Of a stretch of 37,722 bases of DNA, positions 1 to 11,284 are shown piece by piece. The position numbers and the translations under genes were made by a program. The DNA is taken from assembly GCF_004010195.1 (NCBI RefSeq), contig NC_057750.1, positions 10,018,259 through 10,055,980 of the forward strand, given 5' to 3'. Below the pieces are notes generated by a model. That model worked only from the letters and a program-made list of their open reading frames with translations, had not been told where the DNA came from and did not search any database. The DNA is from Chiloscyllium plagiosum (Eukaryota). Each line of letters begins with the position of its first letter. Position 1 is the stretch's first letter.

Positions 1-484
1 ACAGGTTCCACAGGCACTGACTCTCACTGGGGTACAGGTTGCACCAACCCGCAGTGTGCAGGGGGCACAGTTCCTCACTGGTTCTTGGTAATTATAAACA
101 GAGGTATAATCACCTGATGTAACTAAAACAATATCTAAGGCTCAAGTGTTTTTGTCCACAATGGAAGTCAGGCTCCTTTCTGCTCAGCCAAGGATTTGCG
201 CATTTGGAATAATATCTGGGCTTGCAGAAGCCTCTGAATAGAGCACACCCCTGAACTGAACAGCAGAGAAGTGAAATCCAAATACACTTTCAAAGCTTAA
301 AGATGGTGGAGTGACTTATCAGAGCTTTTCAAGGTTCCCGCAGTAGATTGCGTAAGTAGGAACAGACAGCATTTTTCAAGGAGTTACTGTGTAGGTGTGT
401 AACTGACTTTTGTCTTGTAATTAGATCATGTGTGAGGGAGTCGAAATACCACACTCCCTGAGAAAGCATTAAGGGAAATGTATG

Positions 485-545
485 AGTGTGTGTGTGTGCG
501 CGTCTGTGTGTGTGTGAGTGTGGGTGTGGGTGTGGGTGTGAGCGT
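485..545. repeat. (TG)n / GGGTGT microsatellite
   Basis: Visible tgtgtg run grading into gtgggtgtgggtgtgggtgtg. Confidence 0.9.
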
Positions 546-1099
546 GGCGTGTCCTGTTATCACCAGGATTGATAAATCAGCTCTTGTCGTTTCAACTCTC
601 TCCCCATGGCAAAAAAATGTATTTTAATTTTGGAATGCACCCTTTAATTAAATATATCGTTAACTCCATCAAAATAAATGAGCTAATTCACAAGGTTTTC
701 TTGAAAGAGAAAGGAGAAATTTGATTGCCTGAGGGAAAAGTAAGAAAATGCAACATCAAACACACATACAAACACAGATAATAAGTTTCAAAAAAGGTCT
801 CTGCACAGTCCTTATCATCCTTGAAGTATTAGATATTTAATTTGAGACCACAGCTTTAAATTCTTGATTATATCCTCAGCCCTGGGGAAGCTTGTCGATA
901 TCGCTGAGTCTCTGTGAATGATGGGTTTCCCAGATTGCCTTTTTACTCTGTGTTGTTTTCTGAGCATTATAAGAAACAGGACAGAGAGAATTCCAGCTCT
1001 TGTTGTTACAAGTTCAACTTTCCTTTCCTCTCGCTTATGCTTATGAAATATGGTTTATTTGTATATTCCTAAGTCTGGCTGCATTGTCTTTCCCAGTTG

Positions 1100-1845
1100 A
1101 ATAGTTGCAGGCAATATGTCCAATATATCCTTCATCAGTCAGAACATTGAGTTACAGGGAGTTGGGACATCATGTTAGAGCTGTACAATTGGTGAGGCCA
1201 CATCTGGAGTACTGCATACAATCCTGGTTACCCTGCTATAGTAGAGATGTTACGCAACTGGAAAGGGTGCAAAAGAGATTTACAAGGATGTTACTGAGAC
1301 TTGAATTATAAGGAGAGGCTGAGTTTTTTTCCCCCTGTACCATCGGAGGCCAAGAGATGACCTTATTGAGGTTTAGAGTTGAGAGTGTGGTGTTGGATAG
1401 ACAAAGCAGGTCAGGTAGCATCTGAGGAACAGGGGAATCGATGTTTCAGGCAAAAGCCTTTCATCAGTCCTAACTTTCTCCTTATTGAGGTTTATAAAAC
1501 CTTGAGGGGCATAAATGAGGTGAATAGCAAATGTCTTTTCCCCAGGGTAGGGGAGTCCAAAACTAGAGGGCATAGGTTTAAGATGAGGGGGGAAATGTTT
1601 AAAAGGGACCTGACGGCAACCTTTTCACACAGAGGGTGGTGTGTGTACGGAATGAGTTGCCAGAGGAAGTGGTAGAGATGGATGCAATGAAAACATTTAA
1701 AAGGCATCGAACAAGTACATGGATAGGAAAGGTTTCGAGGGATATGGGCCAAATGCAGGCAAATGGGTCTAGTTCAGTTTAGGAAAGCTGTACAGCATAG
1801 ATGAGTTGGGCCGAAGGGTCTGCTTCTGTGCTGTATGACTCAATG
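1100..1845 (+). mobile_element. 5'-truncated CR1-type (HER1-like) LINE 3' end, interrupted at 1376-1479
   Basis: Translates as LVRPHLEYCIQSW...QLERVQKRFTRML and EVYKTLRG...LFPRVGESKTRGHRFKMRG, the CR1 ORF2 C-terminus. Ends in the tail ctgtgctgtatgactc. Confidence 0.9.
1376..1479 (-). mobile_element. Short Penelope terminal-repeat insertion (family A) with degenerate hammerhead core
   Basis: Reverse complement reads CTGATGA-A-AGGC-TTTT-GCCT-GAAAC-ATC. 15-bp TSD ccttattgaggttta at 1361-1375 and 1480-1494. Confidence 0.85.
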
Positions 1846-2264
1846 TGCAACTTGTTCAAATGTGAATAAAAGCAGACGATGTGAATTTCTTAACGCTGAC
1901 TCAGTTACCAGGTTCAATGTCTTTAGATAAAAAGAAAGCACAATTTCAATTTTTTCCACATTTGATTTCCTCATCTCACCTCAGTCTTTGGTCAAGTGCT
2001 CATTGCCGTCACTTTAGCTCCGTCTTGATTGCTTTTCATAAATCATTTGAATCTGTCAACATTTCAGGTATTGAAATGAAAGTCGGCACTTGATAATTCC
2101 CCCGCTGTGGTAACAGTGTTAGTAAGGAATGCAATTTCAATCCAGAACTTGCCTGCATTTCCGTGGAATTCCACACCTACAGGGGTTCAAGGAAAGTCCA
2201 AGTTCAGCCATGACTATATTCAGTCCTGACAGGCCTGAATGGCTTGTGTGTTTTTATTTTAGCA

Positions 2265-2415
2265 TAGAATAGAATCCCTACTGTGTGGAAACAGGCTATT
2301 CGGCCCAACAAGTCCACACCAACTCTCTGAAGAGTATCCCACCCAGACCTACCCTCCCTCACCACCCTATGCCTGTAACCCTGGATTCCCCATGTCTAGT
2401 CCACCTACAGTGCAT
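2265..2415 (-). mobile_element. HE1-type SINE 3' fragment
   Basis: Tail atagaatccctactgtgtggaaacaggc...cggcccaacaagtccacacc is shared with the full copies. Confidence 0.75.
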
Positions 2416-2721
2416 ATCCCCAGTTTTTTTGTTCATTCACAGGATGAAGGCATCACTGGCCAGACCAGCATTCATTGCCCATCCCTAATTGGCCAGAGGG
2501 GGGGCAGTTAAGTGTCAACCACATCGCTGTGGGTCTGGAGTCACATGTAGGCCAGACCAGGTAAAGATGGTGGTTTCTCTCCCTGAAGGGCATTAATAAA
2601 CCAGATGGGATTTCCCAACAATCAGCAATGATCATCGTTAGACTCTTAATTCCAGATTTTATTTTATTGAATTCAAATTCCACCATCTGCTGTGGCAGGA
2701 TTCCCTGGATTGACCTGGATC

Positions 2722-2816
2722 TCCTGATGAAGGGCTTTTGCCCGAAACGTCAATTCTCCTGTTCCTCGGATGCTGCCTGACCTGCTGTGCCTTTCCGGTG
2801 CCGCACTCTTGACTCT
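2722..2816 (+). mobile_element. Penelope terminal-repeat fragment (family A)
   Basis: Same sequence as the terminus of the RT-bearing Penelope at 3490-3753. Confidence 0.85.
2724..2751 (+). ncRNA. Minimal hammerhead ribozyme motif (intact core, family A)
   Basis: CTGATGA-A-GGGC-TTTT-GCCC-GAA-ACGT-C: conserved core, 4-bp stem II, palindromic ACGT stem III, GUC triplet. Confidence 0.75.
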
Positions 2817-2879
2817 CTGGATTAACAGTCCATCAGTAATACCACTGCACCATCACCTCCCACTGAGGTGTATAAGCCC

Positions 2880-3200
2880 ACCTTGAAGGGAAATCTGCAG
2901 TCCTTACCCAGTCTGGCCTCTGTGTGACTCCAGATCTCCAGCAACGTCTGTCTTCCCTCCAAAATAATTGCACAAACTACTCAGCTGTATCAAACCAGTT
3001 CAGAAGCATAAGAACAGGTCATTGGCCGAGGCTGTGGAAACCACACTGAGTCACAATGTCCAATCAACCCCACAAAGTCCTTCTTATCAACATCTGGGGG
3101 ATTGGACTCATTGAGCCTGACGTAGTCACACCTTACCGACAATGCCCCAGACACCTCCCTCACATCCCACCATCAGGACAGACCCCTCAAAGGTGCTGAT
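2880..3200 (+). mobile_element. Decayed 5' UTR and endonuclease start of a CR1-like LINE related to the second SINE family
   Basis: A SINE-like segment (gtctggcctctgtgtgactccaga) is followed by pieces reading NIWG..., PDVV..., DNAPDT..., SHHQDRP, resembling an APE endonuclease N-terminus. Confidence 0.5.
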
Positions 3201-3269
3201 GCATCTGCCACAGCGGTGTTGGTATGAGAGACCACAGCACAGTCCTTGTGGAGACAAGGTGTTGCTGAA

Positions 3270-5285
3270 GGTTGGTGTGTAAGGTGTATCAGGCGGTAAG
3301 GAATGTTAATGGCAGGCTGGCCTTCACAGCCAGAGGATTTGAGTATTGGAGGGAGGATGTCTTGCTGCAGTTATACAGGGCCTTGGTGAGACCACACCTT
3401 GAGTACTGTGTGCAGTTTTGGTCTCCTAGTCTGAGGAAGAACATTCTTGCTATTGAGGGAGTCCAGCGAAGGTTCCCCAGACTGATTGCCAGGACGAGGT
3501 TAAAAACAAGGACTGCAGTTGCTGGAAACCAGAGTTGAGATTAGAGTGGTGCTGGAAAAGCACAGCAGGTCAGGCAGCATCCGAGAAACAGGAAAATCAA
3601 CGTTTCGGGCAAAAGCACTTCATCAGGAATAGAGGCAGGGTGCCTGCAGAGTGGAGAGATAAATGAGAGGGGCGTGGGGTTGGGGAGAAAGTAGCATAGA
3701 GTACAATAGGTGAATGGGGGTGGGGATGGAGGTGATAGGTCAGAGAGGAGGGTNNNNNNNNNNNNNNNNNNNNNNNNNNNNNNNNNNNNNNNNNNNNNNN
3801 NNNNNNNNNNNNNNNNNNNNNNNNNNNNNNNNNNNNNNNNNNNNNNNNNNNNNNNNNNNNNNNNNNNNNNNNNNNNNNNNNNNNNNNNNNNNNNNNNNNN
3901 NNNNNNNNNNNNNNNNNNNNNNNNNNNNNNNNNNNNNNNNNNNNNNNNNNNNNNNNNNNNNNNNNNNNNNNNNNNNNNNNNNNNNNNNNNNNNNNNNNNN
4001 NNNNNNNNNNNNNNNNNNNNNNNNNNNNNNNNNNNNNNNNNNNNNNNNNNNNNNNNNNNNNNNNNNNNNNNNNNNNNNNNNNNNNNNNNNNNNNNNNNNN
4101 NNNNNNNNNNNNNNNNNNNNNNNNNNNNNNNNNNNNNNNNNNNNNNNNNNNNNNNNNNNNNNNNNNNNNNNNNNNNNNNNNNNNNNNNNNNNNNNNNNNN
4201 NNNNNNNNNNNNNNNNNNNNNNNNNNNNNNNNNNNNNNNNNNNNNNNNNNNNNNNNNNNNNNNNNNNNNNNNNNNNNNNNNNNNNNNNNNNNNNNNNNNN
4301 NNNNNNNNNNNNNNNNNNNNNNNNNNNNNNNNNNNNNNNNNNNNNNNNNNNNNNNNNNNNNNNNNNNNNNNNNNNNNNNNNNNNNCGGTGGAGGCGGAGG
4401 AATTGGGAATACGGGATGGCATTTTTGCAGGAGGTAGGGTGGGAAGAGGTGTAATCCAGGTAGCTGTGGGAGTCGGTGGGTTTGTAAAAAATGTCAGTGT
4501 CAAGTCGGTCATCATTAATGGAGATGGAGAGGTCCAGGAAGGAGAGGGAGGTTTCAGAGATGGTCCAGGTAAATTTAAGGTCAGGGTGGAATGTGTTGGT
4601 GAAGTTTATTAACTGCTGAACCTCCTCGTGGGAGCATGAGGTGGCGCCGATGCAGTCATCAATGTAGCGGGGGAAGAGGTGGGGAGTGGTGCCGGTGTAA
4701 CTACGGAAGATGGACTGTTCTACATAGCCAACAAAGAGACAGACCCCTTTGGTCTGGAGGAAGTGGGAGGATTCGAAGGAGAAATTGTTAAGGGTGAGGA
4801 CCAGTTCAGCCAAACGAATGAGAGTGTCGGTGGAAGGGTACTAGACTGACATCTCAGGAAAGACTGGATTGACTGGGCTTGTCATTACTGGGATTTAGAA
4901 GAATGAGGCGGAATCTCACAGAAGCATATAAAATCCTGATGGAACTGGGCAGGCTAGATGCAGGAAGAATATACCTGACGTTGGGGGAAGTCCAGAACTA
5001 GAGGTTACAGGCTAAGGATAAGGGGTAAGGAGTGAGATGAGGAAGAATTTCTTCACTCAGAGAGTTGGGAACCTGTGGAAGTCTCTCCCACAGGAAGCTG
5101 TTGGGGCAGGTTTGTTAGATATATTTACAATGGAGCTGGAGGTAGTCCTGGTGGGTGAAGGGATCAAGGGATACGGAGAGAAAGTGGGAGTGGGATACTG
5201 AGATTGCATGATCAGCCATGATCCTACTGAATGGTGGTGCAGGCTCCAAGGTCCAAATGGCCTACGCCCGCATCTATTTTCTACA
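3270..5285 (+). mobile_element. CR1-type LINE 3' end split by a Penelope insertion (CR1 parts 3270-3490 and 4842-5285)
   Basis: LLQLYRALVRPHLEYCVQFWSP...EGVQRRFPRLI. The CR1 sequence resumes collinearly at 4842 and runs to its 3' UTR. Confidence 0.85.
3490..4841 (-). mobile_element. Penelope-like retroelement fragment: RT/thumb region (4386-4841) plus terminal repeat (3490-3753), with gap in between
   Basis: LVLTLNNFSF...PRYIDDCIG...HPDLKFT...FLDL...YKPTDSHSYLDYTSSHP is typical PLE RT. The G-x-AMG motif after QTKG appears deleted. Hammerhead core on the minus strand at ~3598-3626. Confidence 0.9.
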
Positions 5286-5334
5286 TTTCACAGCAAAGAT
5301 ACCCACTAAGAAGACGTGTGCACCTACATGCTGA

Positions 5335-5857
5335 ATGGGATGGCTGGCTCAGTGGTTAGCTCTGCTGCTTCACAGCACCAGCAACCCGGGTTCGATTCCA
5401 GCCTCGGGCGACTGTCTGTGCGGAGTTTGTATGTTCTCCCCCTATCTGCATGGGTTTCCTCCCACAGTCCATGGATGTGCAGGCTAGGGTGAATTGGCCA
5501 TAGGAAATTGCCCCCTAGTCTAGATTAGAGTGGTGCTGGAAAGCACAGCAGGTCAGGCAGCATTCCTGATGAAGGGCTTTTGCCCAAAACGTCGATTTCC
5601 CTGCTCCTCGGATGCTGCCTGACCTGCTGTGCTTTTCCAGCACCACTCTGATCTAGATTCTGATTTCCAGCATCTGCAGTGCTCACTTTTGCCTAATTGT
5701 TGCATAGTGTTCAGGAATGTGGAGGTTAGGCGCATTAGTCAGAGGTAAATGTAAGATAATAGGGTCAGGGGAATGGATCTGGGTGGGTTACTCTTCAGAG
5801 GGTCGGTATGGACTTGTTGGGCCGAAGGGTCTGTTCCCACTCTGTAGGGATTCTATG
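5335..5857 (+). mobile_element. HE1-type V-SINE interrupted by a Penelope fragment
   Basis: A box tggctcagtggttag, B box gggttcgattcc, V-domain ggagtttgtatgttctcccc...gggtttcctccc, tail gggccgaagggtctgttcccactctgtagggattctatg. Confidence 0.9.
5515..5694 (+). mobile_element. Inverted-arm Penelope terminal-repeat insertion (family A)
   Basis: Arms 5521-5563 and 5612-5655 are near-perfect reverse complements. They flank a hammerhead core at 5566-5593 in which GAAA has become AAAA. Confidence 0.85.
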
Positions 5858-5894
5858 ATTCAGAGCAGCCCGGGGAGCTCAGAAACTGTGGCAA

Positions 5895-6160
5895 GAATCG
5901 AATTGGAGTACAGTCCGTGGCCTGGAAGTCCGGTAAATACCCACCCCACCGTGATCGCCGGCCTTGGCTGAGCGAGGTGTTTGGGAAGGCAGCTTGGTCG
6001 ATGGCTGCCTGTGGGATCTTGCTGTGCCCGAAGTGGCCTCCAGCAGCTGTTGAGGTGACTATAGTCATGGCAGCCGGTGAGATCAAGTGGAGCTCCTTCA
6101 GGGGTTCCTGCCGGGTGGTGGCGAAAGGAGGAGGTGCATTTCACAAATGCGCATCTGTCC
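5895..6160 (+). mobile_element. Highly diverged DeuSINE-like (SacSINE1/AmnSINE1-type) relic
   Basis: gctgcctgtgggatcttgctgtgcccgaagtggc resembles the Deu-SINE segment gtgggatcttgctgtgcgcaaattggc. ggtgcatttcacaaatgcgcatct resembles the L2-derived tail. Confidence 0.45.
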
Positions 6161-6864
6161 GCTGCAGCCTTAAACCTTTCCCTGCTGCGACAGCCCTCGC
6201 CCTCCTGACCACATCAGCGCCGTGACTCCCTGATTCCAAGTTCCTGTTTGCCTGCAGCTCCCCCTCCCCCCTGAAGAAAATCGACCTGCCGACGGTTTGC
6301 AAGGGAAGTGGAGAGTGGGGGGGGGGGGTGAAACAGAACCTTCCTTATTCAAGAGAGGAAGGTTGTTCTGGAATGAGTCTGTCAGTCCCAAAGCAGGAAT
6401 CTGCAGGGCAGAAAGCTTGCAGTGTTGACTCGAGCAGAGAGAGAGAGAGAGAGAGAGAAAAAAAACCCCGCACTCTGCACAAACTCACTAATTCATTCAC
6501 ACAGCGGATGTTTTGAGGGATGAGGCTGAAGGAAATCCCAGTGTTGCAAAAAAGGCACGCTCATGGGGCCACCCGTTAACCCTTGGCAGGACTGGCCTAA
6601 TCAATGGAAGATTGCACTGAACAGATGGAGGTCTTGTGGGCAGCGTCTGTACCTGGGGCTCAAGACTCAGTTCAGGACCAGTTGGCCACTCACTGACAAT
6701 GCGACGTAGTGCGGCGCTGATTATTAGATTGCTTATCGATCGGTGAAGCTGATTGATCCCATCTCAATGTGGAATGGCAGCTGCCTGGAACCAATTTGTG
6801 TGTAAATGAGATCCCAGCATTGTTCCCTGTGGAATGCCACTTCCCATCTTTTGCCATTCCGACT

Positions 6865-7530
6865 GTAAGACCATAAGACATAGGAGCAGAAGTCAGACCA
6901 TTCAGCATTCAATGGTGGCTGATACGTTTCTCAACCCCATTCTCCCACCTTCTCCCTTAACCCTTGATCTCCTTGACAATCAAGAACCTATCTATCTCAA
7001 TCTTAAATATACTCAATGACCTGGCTCCCACAGCCTTCTGTGGCAGTGAATTCCACACATTCCCCACCTTCTGGCTGAAGAAGTTTCTCCTTATCTTCAT
7101 TCTAAAAAGTCTTCCCTTTACTCTCAGGCTGTGCCCTCGGGTCCTAGTCTCTCCTACCAATGGGAACATCTTCCCAACATCTACTCTGACCAGTCCATTC
7201 AGGATTCTATAAGTTTCAATGAGATTCTCCCTCATCCTTCTAAGCTCCATCGAGAATAGACCCAGAGTCCTCAAGCGTTCCTCACATGTTTTCACTCCAG
7301 GGACAATTCTCACAAACGTCCTCTGAACATGCTCCAGGGTCAGCACATCCTTCCTGAGGCCCAAAACGGCGCACAATACTCCAAACGCGGTCTGACCAGA
7401 GCCGCATAGAGCCTCAGATGCACATCCTTGCTTTTATATTCAAGTCCTCTCAAAATAAATGCCACTGTTAATTTGCCTTCCTAACTACTGACGCAACCTG
7501 CAAGGTTCCCTTGAGAGAATACTGGACTAA
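6865..7530 (-). mobile_element. CR1-type LINE 3' end
   Basis: ORF 6957-7376: RKDVLTLEHVQR...ENLIETYRIL...RTRGHSLRVKG...NFFSQKVGNVWNSLP. Confidence 0.9.
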
Positions 7531-7619
7531 CCAGCTCTGCTGAGCATTTCAGGAGAGCGTGGGGTGCTACTCTGGCATGTTACTTGTTTGCCGTTTAGTC
7601 CCAGACTGTCTTGCTTTTC

Positions 7620-7935
7620 TTTCATTTCAGTCACAGGACATGGGTGTCGCTGGTTGGGCCAGCATTTATTCCCCACCCCTAATTACAGAGGCAACTGTGG
7701 TTGTCGTGGGTCTGGAGTCAGGTGTAGGCCAGACCAGGTAAGGGTGGCAGTTTCCTTCTGGACAGGCTTTTCCAGCGATCAGTAATAGTTTCATGGTCAT
7801 CATTAGGTTCTTTATTCCAGATTTTTATTGAATTCAAAATCCACCGTGTGCCGTGGTGGGATTCGAACCCAGAACATTACCTGGGCTCTCTGGATTAAGA
7901 GTCCCGTGATAATACCACTAGGCCATTACCTCCCT
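7620..7935 (-). mobile_element. tRNA-derived SINE (second family)
   Basis: Minus-strand head ggaggtaatggcctagtggtatt...gggttcgaatccc; body matches 2425-2860. Confidence 0.8.
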
Positions 7936-7939
7936 AGTC

Positions 7940-8190
7940 CCCAACTGCTTCCAGGTTTGCAGGGTTTCCTTGATGCCACACTCAGTCGAACGTGGCCTTG
8001 ATATCAAGGGGCTGTCACTCTCAACTCGCCTCTGAAATTCAGCTCTTTTGTCCATCTTTGAACAAAGGCTGTAATGAGATCAGGAGCTGAGGGACCCTGG
8101 CGAACCCCAAACTGGGTGTCACTGAGCAGATTAGTGCTGACCCAGGTGCTTGCGGACACCTTCCGTTGCTTAACTGATGAGTGTCTGATC
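7940..8190 (-). mobile_element. LINE reverse transcriptase fragment (CR1-like)
   Basis: NLLSDTQFGVRQGPSAPDLITAFVQRW...LRVTA followed by DIKATFD-VWH, matching RT motifs 2-3. Confidence 0.8.
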
Positions 8191-8487
8191 CACAAGATGG
8201 CTCGGTCAGGGTGGGGTCGGGCGTTGTTGTTACTAGGGAGTTTGTGGCCTACACATGTTTCAGGAGCAGCTCCACAACCTGACTAAAAAAAAACCTTATC
8301 GATTGTGGAGTTGACAAACAGGGGGTGACTGTGGGGCACTAGGTCTCACACTGGGGCCTGTCTATGGTGTTCCACTGTGGCGAGATGTGAAGGGCGATGG
8401 AGTGGCTACACTGATGCCATCTTTGCAGCCCATCTTGAACTTTGCCGCTGAAACTCAAATCTGTAAATCATTCTAACACAGCTGAAG

Positions 8488-8827
8488 GTGGCATGGTTGC
8501 TCAGTGATTAGCAGCACTCCCTCACGGCACCCGGGACCTGGGTTCAATTCCACCTTCGGACGACTAGTTGCGTGGAGTTTGCACATTCTCCCTGTGTCAG
8601 CGTGGGTTTCCTCCCACAGTCACAAAGATGTGCAGGTTAGGGTTGATTGGCCCCTGCTAATTGTGTTATAGTATCCAAGGTTGTGCAGGCTAGGTGAGTT
8701 AGCCATGGGAAGTGTGGGGTTTACAGGTATAAAGTCAGGGGGTGGGGCTGGACGGGATACTCTTCAGAGGAGCGGGGTGCACTTGATGGGCCAAATGGTC
8801 TGCTTCCACACTGTAGAGATTCTATGG
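8488..8827 (+). mobile_element. HE1-type V-SINE
   Basis: A/B boxes, ggagtttgcacattctccctgtgtc V-domain, HER1-like tail. Confidence 0.9.
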
Positions 8828-8994
8828 ATTGGCGGGGGTGGGGTATAAGGGAAGGAGAACCATGGAGGATCTGTGGAGAAAAGCCCTCTCTTAAAATAGT
8901 CTGTTCTCGCTGCAAGTAAACGCCATCTTGCCCTGAAGGAAGGAAAACAGAAATCGCTAGGCAGAGAGAACTATAATGGCAGTGAAGCGTGCAG

Positions 8995-9335
8995 GTCATA
9001 GAGATGTACAGCATGGAAACAGACCCTTCAGTCCAAATCGTCCATGCAGACCCCAGATATCCCAACCCGATCTAGTCCCACCTGCCAGCACCTGGCCCGT
9101 ATCCCTCCAAACTTTTCCTATTCATATACCCATCCTTTTAAATGTTGTAACTGTACCAGCCTCCACCACTTCCTCTGGTAGCTCATTCCATACACCTACC
9201 ACCCTCTGTGTGAAAAAGTTGCCCCTTAGGTCTCTTTTATATCTTTCCCTTCTCACCCTAAACCTATGCCCGCTAGTTCTGGACTCCCTCACCCCAGGGA
9301 AAAGACTTTGGTTATTTATCCTATCCATGCCCCTT
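8995..9335 (-). mobile_element. CR1-type LINE 3' end
   Basis: SLFPGVRESRTSGHRFRVR...GNFFTQRVVGVWNELP plus tail ctgtacatctctatgac. Confidence 0.9.
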
Positions 9336-9339
9336 TATC

Positions 9340-9480
9340 ACTGAAGAAAGGTCACTGGACCCGAGACCATTAACGCTGCCCTCTCTGTCTCCTCAGACTT
9401 GCTGGGGGAGGGGAAGGGGAGTGCGGTCGTCTTGCGCCCCGGCAATTTTGTTTCTAATTTCCACTGTCTGCGGTTCTTTT
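9340..9480 (+). mobile_element. Degenerate Penelope terminal repeat (family C)
   Basis: ctgaagaaaggtcactggacccgagacc resembles 30824-30854. Confidence 0.55.
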
Positions 9481-9794
9481 GAGGTCTTTCCGTTTTGGTC
9501 TCATCCTGAGGGGCTCCCACACGCCCAAGATCTCAACCATACTCCCGGGGCCCCCCTCTTATCTGTTCAGGGGTATCGGGGTTATCTGCAAGTTGACACA
9601 CACACGGATCAGGATCAGAGGGCGTTCAACCTGCTGCACAAACAGCTAGTGAGATCCAACGTGGCCTTAGGATAACAGAGTCCTGGCAGCACTGATCCAT
9701 TCAGACCAACAGGTTAATGTCCAACATCTCCCTGTGCCTTCATTGTTAAGGGGGAGGGGGGGAGGTTTGGGGTGGAAGATTTAGACTAAAAGGT

Positions 9795-10445
9795 TTAATG
9801 GAGGGTTTGAGTTATATAGAAAGGCTGGAATTTTTTTTTTCCACTGGAGCCCGTAGGAGGTTGAGAGGCGACTTGATCGAAGTTTATAAAATCATGAGGG
9901 GGATAGATAGAGGTAATGGTAATTGTCTTTTCCCTAGGATGGGGAATTTCAATACCAGGGGGTATGTTTTAATGGTGAGAGGAGAGAGATCTAAAGAAGA
10001 CATGGGGAGCAATTTATTTTACACAGAGAGTGGATTGTGTGTGTGGAATGAACTTCCAGAGGATGTGGTGGAAGCGGGTACGGTTACAATGTTTAAGAGA
10101 CATGAACAGGAAGGGTTTGTACAAAGTTAAAAATCACACAACACCAGGTTATAGTCCAACAGGTTTATTTGGAAGCACTAACTTTCGGAGCGCTGCTCCT
10201 TTATCAGGTGTTTGTGGAGGTGCTCTGAAAGCTAGTGCTTCTAAATAAACCTGTTGGACTATAACCTGGTGTTGTGTGATTTTTAACTTTGTCCACCCCA
10301 GTCCAACACTGGCATCTCCGAATCAGGAAAGGATTGGAGGGATATGGGCCAGGAGCAGGCAGGTGGGACTAGTTTAGTCTGGGATTATGGTCGGCATGGA
10401 CTGGTTGGAGGGAAGGGGGTGTTTCCGTGCCGTGTGACTCCATGA
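9795..10445 (+). mobile_element. CR1-type LINE 3' end with nested insertion at ~10120-10324
   Basis: RRLRGDLIEVYKIMRGIDR...VWNELPEDVVEAGT; the tail resumes at ~10325. Confidence 0.9.
10120..10324. mobile_element. Inverted-arm Penelope terminal-repeat insertion (family B)
   Basis: Arms ~10121-10191 and ~10222-10292 are reverse complements. Minus-strand core reads CTGATAA-A-GGAGC-AGC-GCTCC-GAAAG. Imperfect TSD caggaagggtttg / caggaaaggattg. Confidence 0.8.
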
Positions 10446-10814
10446 ATCTTTGGAGATTTCCGAGAATTGTTTTTTCTCACCTGGATGATGCTGGAGGTGG
10501 GGGAGGTTGGAAATGGACCTCACTGACAGAAAGAGTAGCCGAGGCAGAAATCTTCCCCATGTTTCAAAAGGACTTGGATATTTTGCCACAAACCAGGAGG
10601 AATGGGATTAGGCTAAATTGCCTGTCAGCTAGCACAGAGCCAAAAGGGTCAAATGGTTTCCTTCCAAGCTGTAAATTTCTCTTTAATCCCACCCTATTAA
10701 TATAATTTTCTCCCTCATCTACTAATGTAGCTCCCCCCCAGAAAGTTACCTGTGTGATTTCCTTCAACAGCTCCTTGAGACAGGGATTTCTGGATTAGTG
10801 CCACTTTCTGGGTA

Positions 10815-11075
10815 GAGTCATAGGGTCATAGAGCTGTATGGCACGGTAACAGACCCTTCGGTCCAACTTGTCCGTGCCAACCAGATATCCTAACCTAATC
10901 TCGTCCCATTTGCAAGCACTTGGCCCATATCCCTCCAAACCCTTCCTATTCATAATCCATGCTCCTCATGATTTTATAAACCTCTATAAGGTCAGGGAAA
11001 ATAGGCCCAGCCTATTCAACATCTCCCTGTAGCTCACACCCTCCAACCCCGATAACATCCTTGTAAATCTTCTCT
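10815..11075 (-). mobile_element. Internally deleted CR1-type 3' end
   Basis: Tail catagagctgtatggcacggtaacagacccttcgg and ctcatgattttataaacctc segments. Confidence 0.8.
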
Positions 11076-11284
11076 AATGGAGAATATTTTTCCCAAGTTC
11101 CCAGTTGGATTTATTAGCTCTGCCTTCGCTCGCAAGTGAAGAATCTAATCCGAAACACCTCTCTGTGTTCACTCCATGGTCTGTCACATCTACAGACAAG
11201 AATCCCAGCCAACTTCCTCTTTCCCACAAGACATAACCATGAAGTTCGAATGCATTATTTTACACTATTGCAATTTCCTATTTA

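Larger units (their letters stand above)
2425..2860 (-). mobile_element. tRNA-derived SINE (second family) with CR1-like tail, interrupted at ~2722-2816
   Basis: Matches 7620-7935 and 33403-33665. The minus-strand head resembles tRNA A/B boxes; the body contains gtctggcctacatgtgactccagaccca. Confidence 0.75.

Noticed and set aside
3541..4612. Long ORFs of 246-357 aa
   Set aside because: Their length comes from the N-gap (3754-4385). Only the minus-strand PLE RT part at 4386-4813 is meaningful.
8830..8960. Strong minus-strand acceptor (ttttccttccttcag|ggcaagatggcg)
   Set aside because: The ATG frame stops after 10 codons, and there is no convincing donor before the adjacent SINE.
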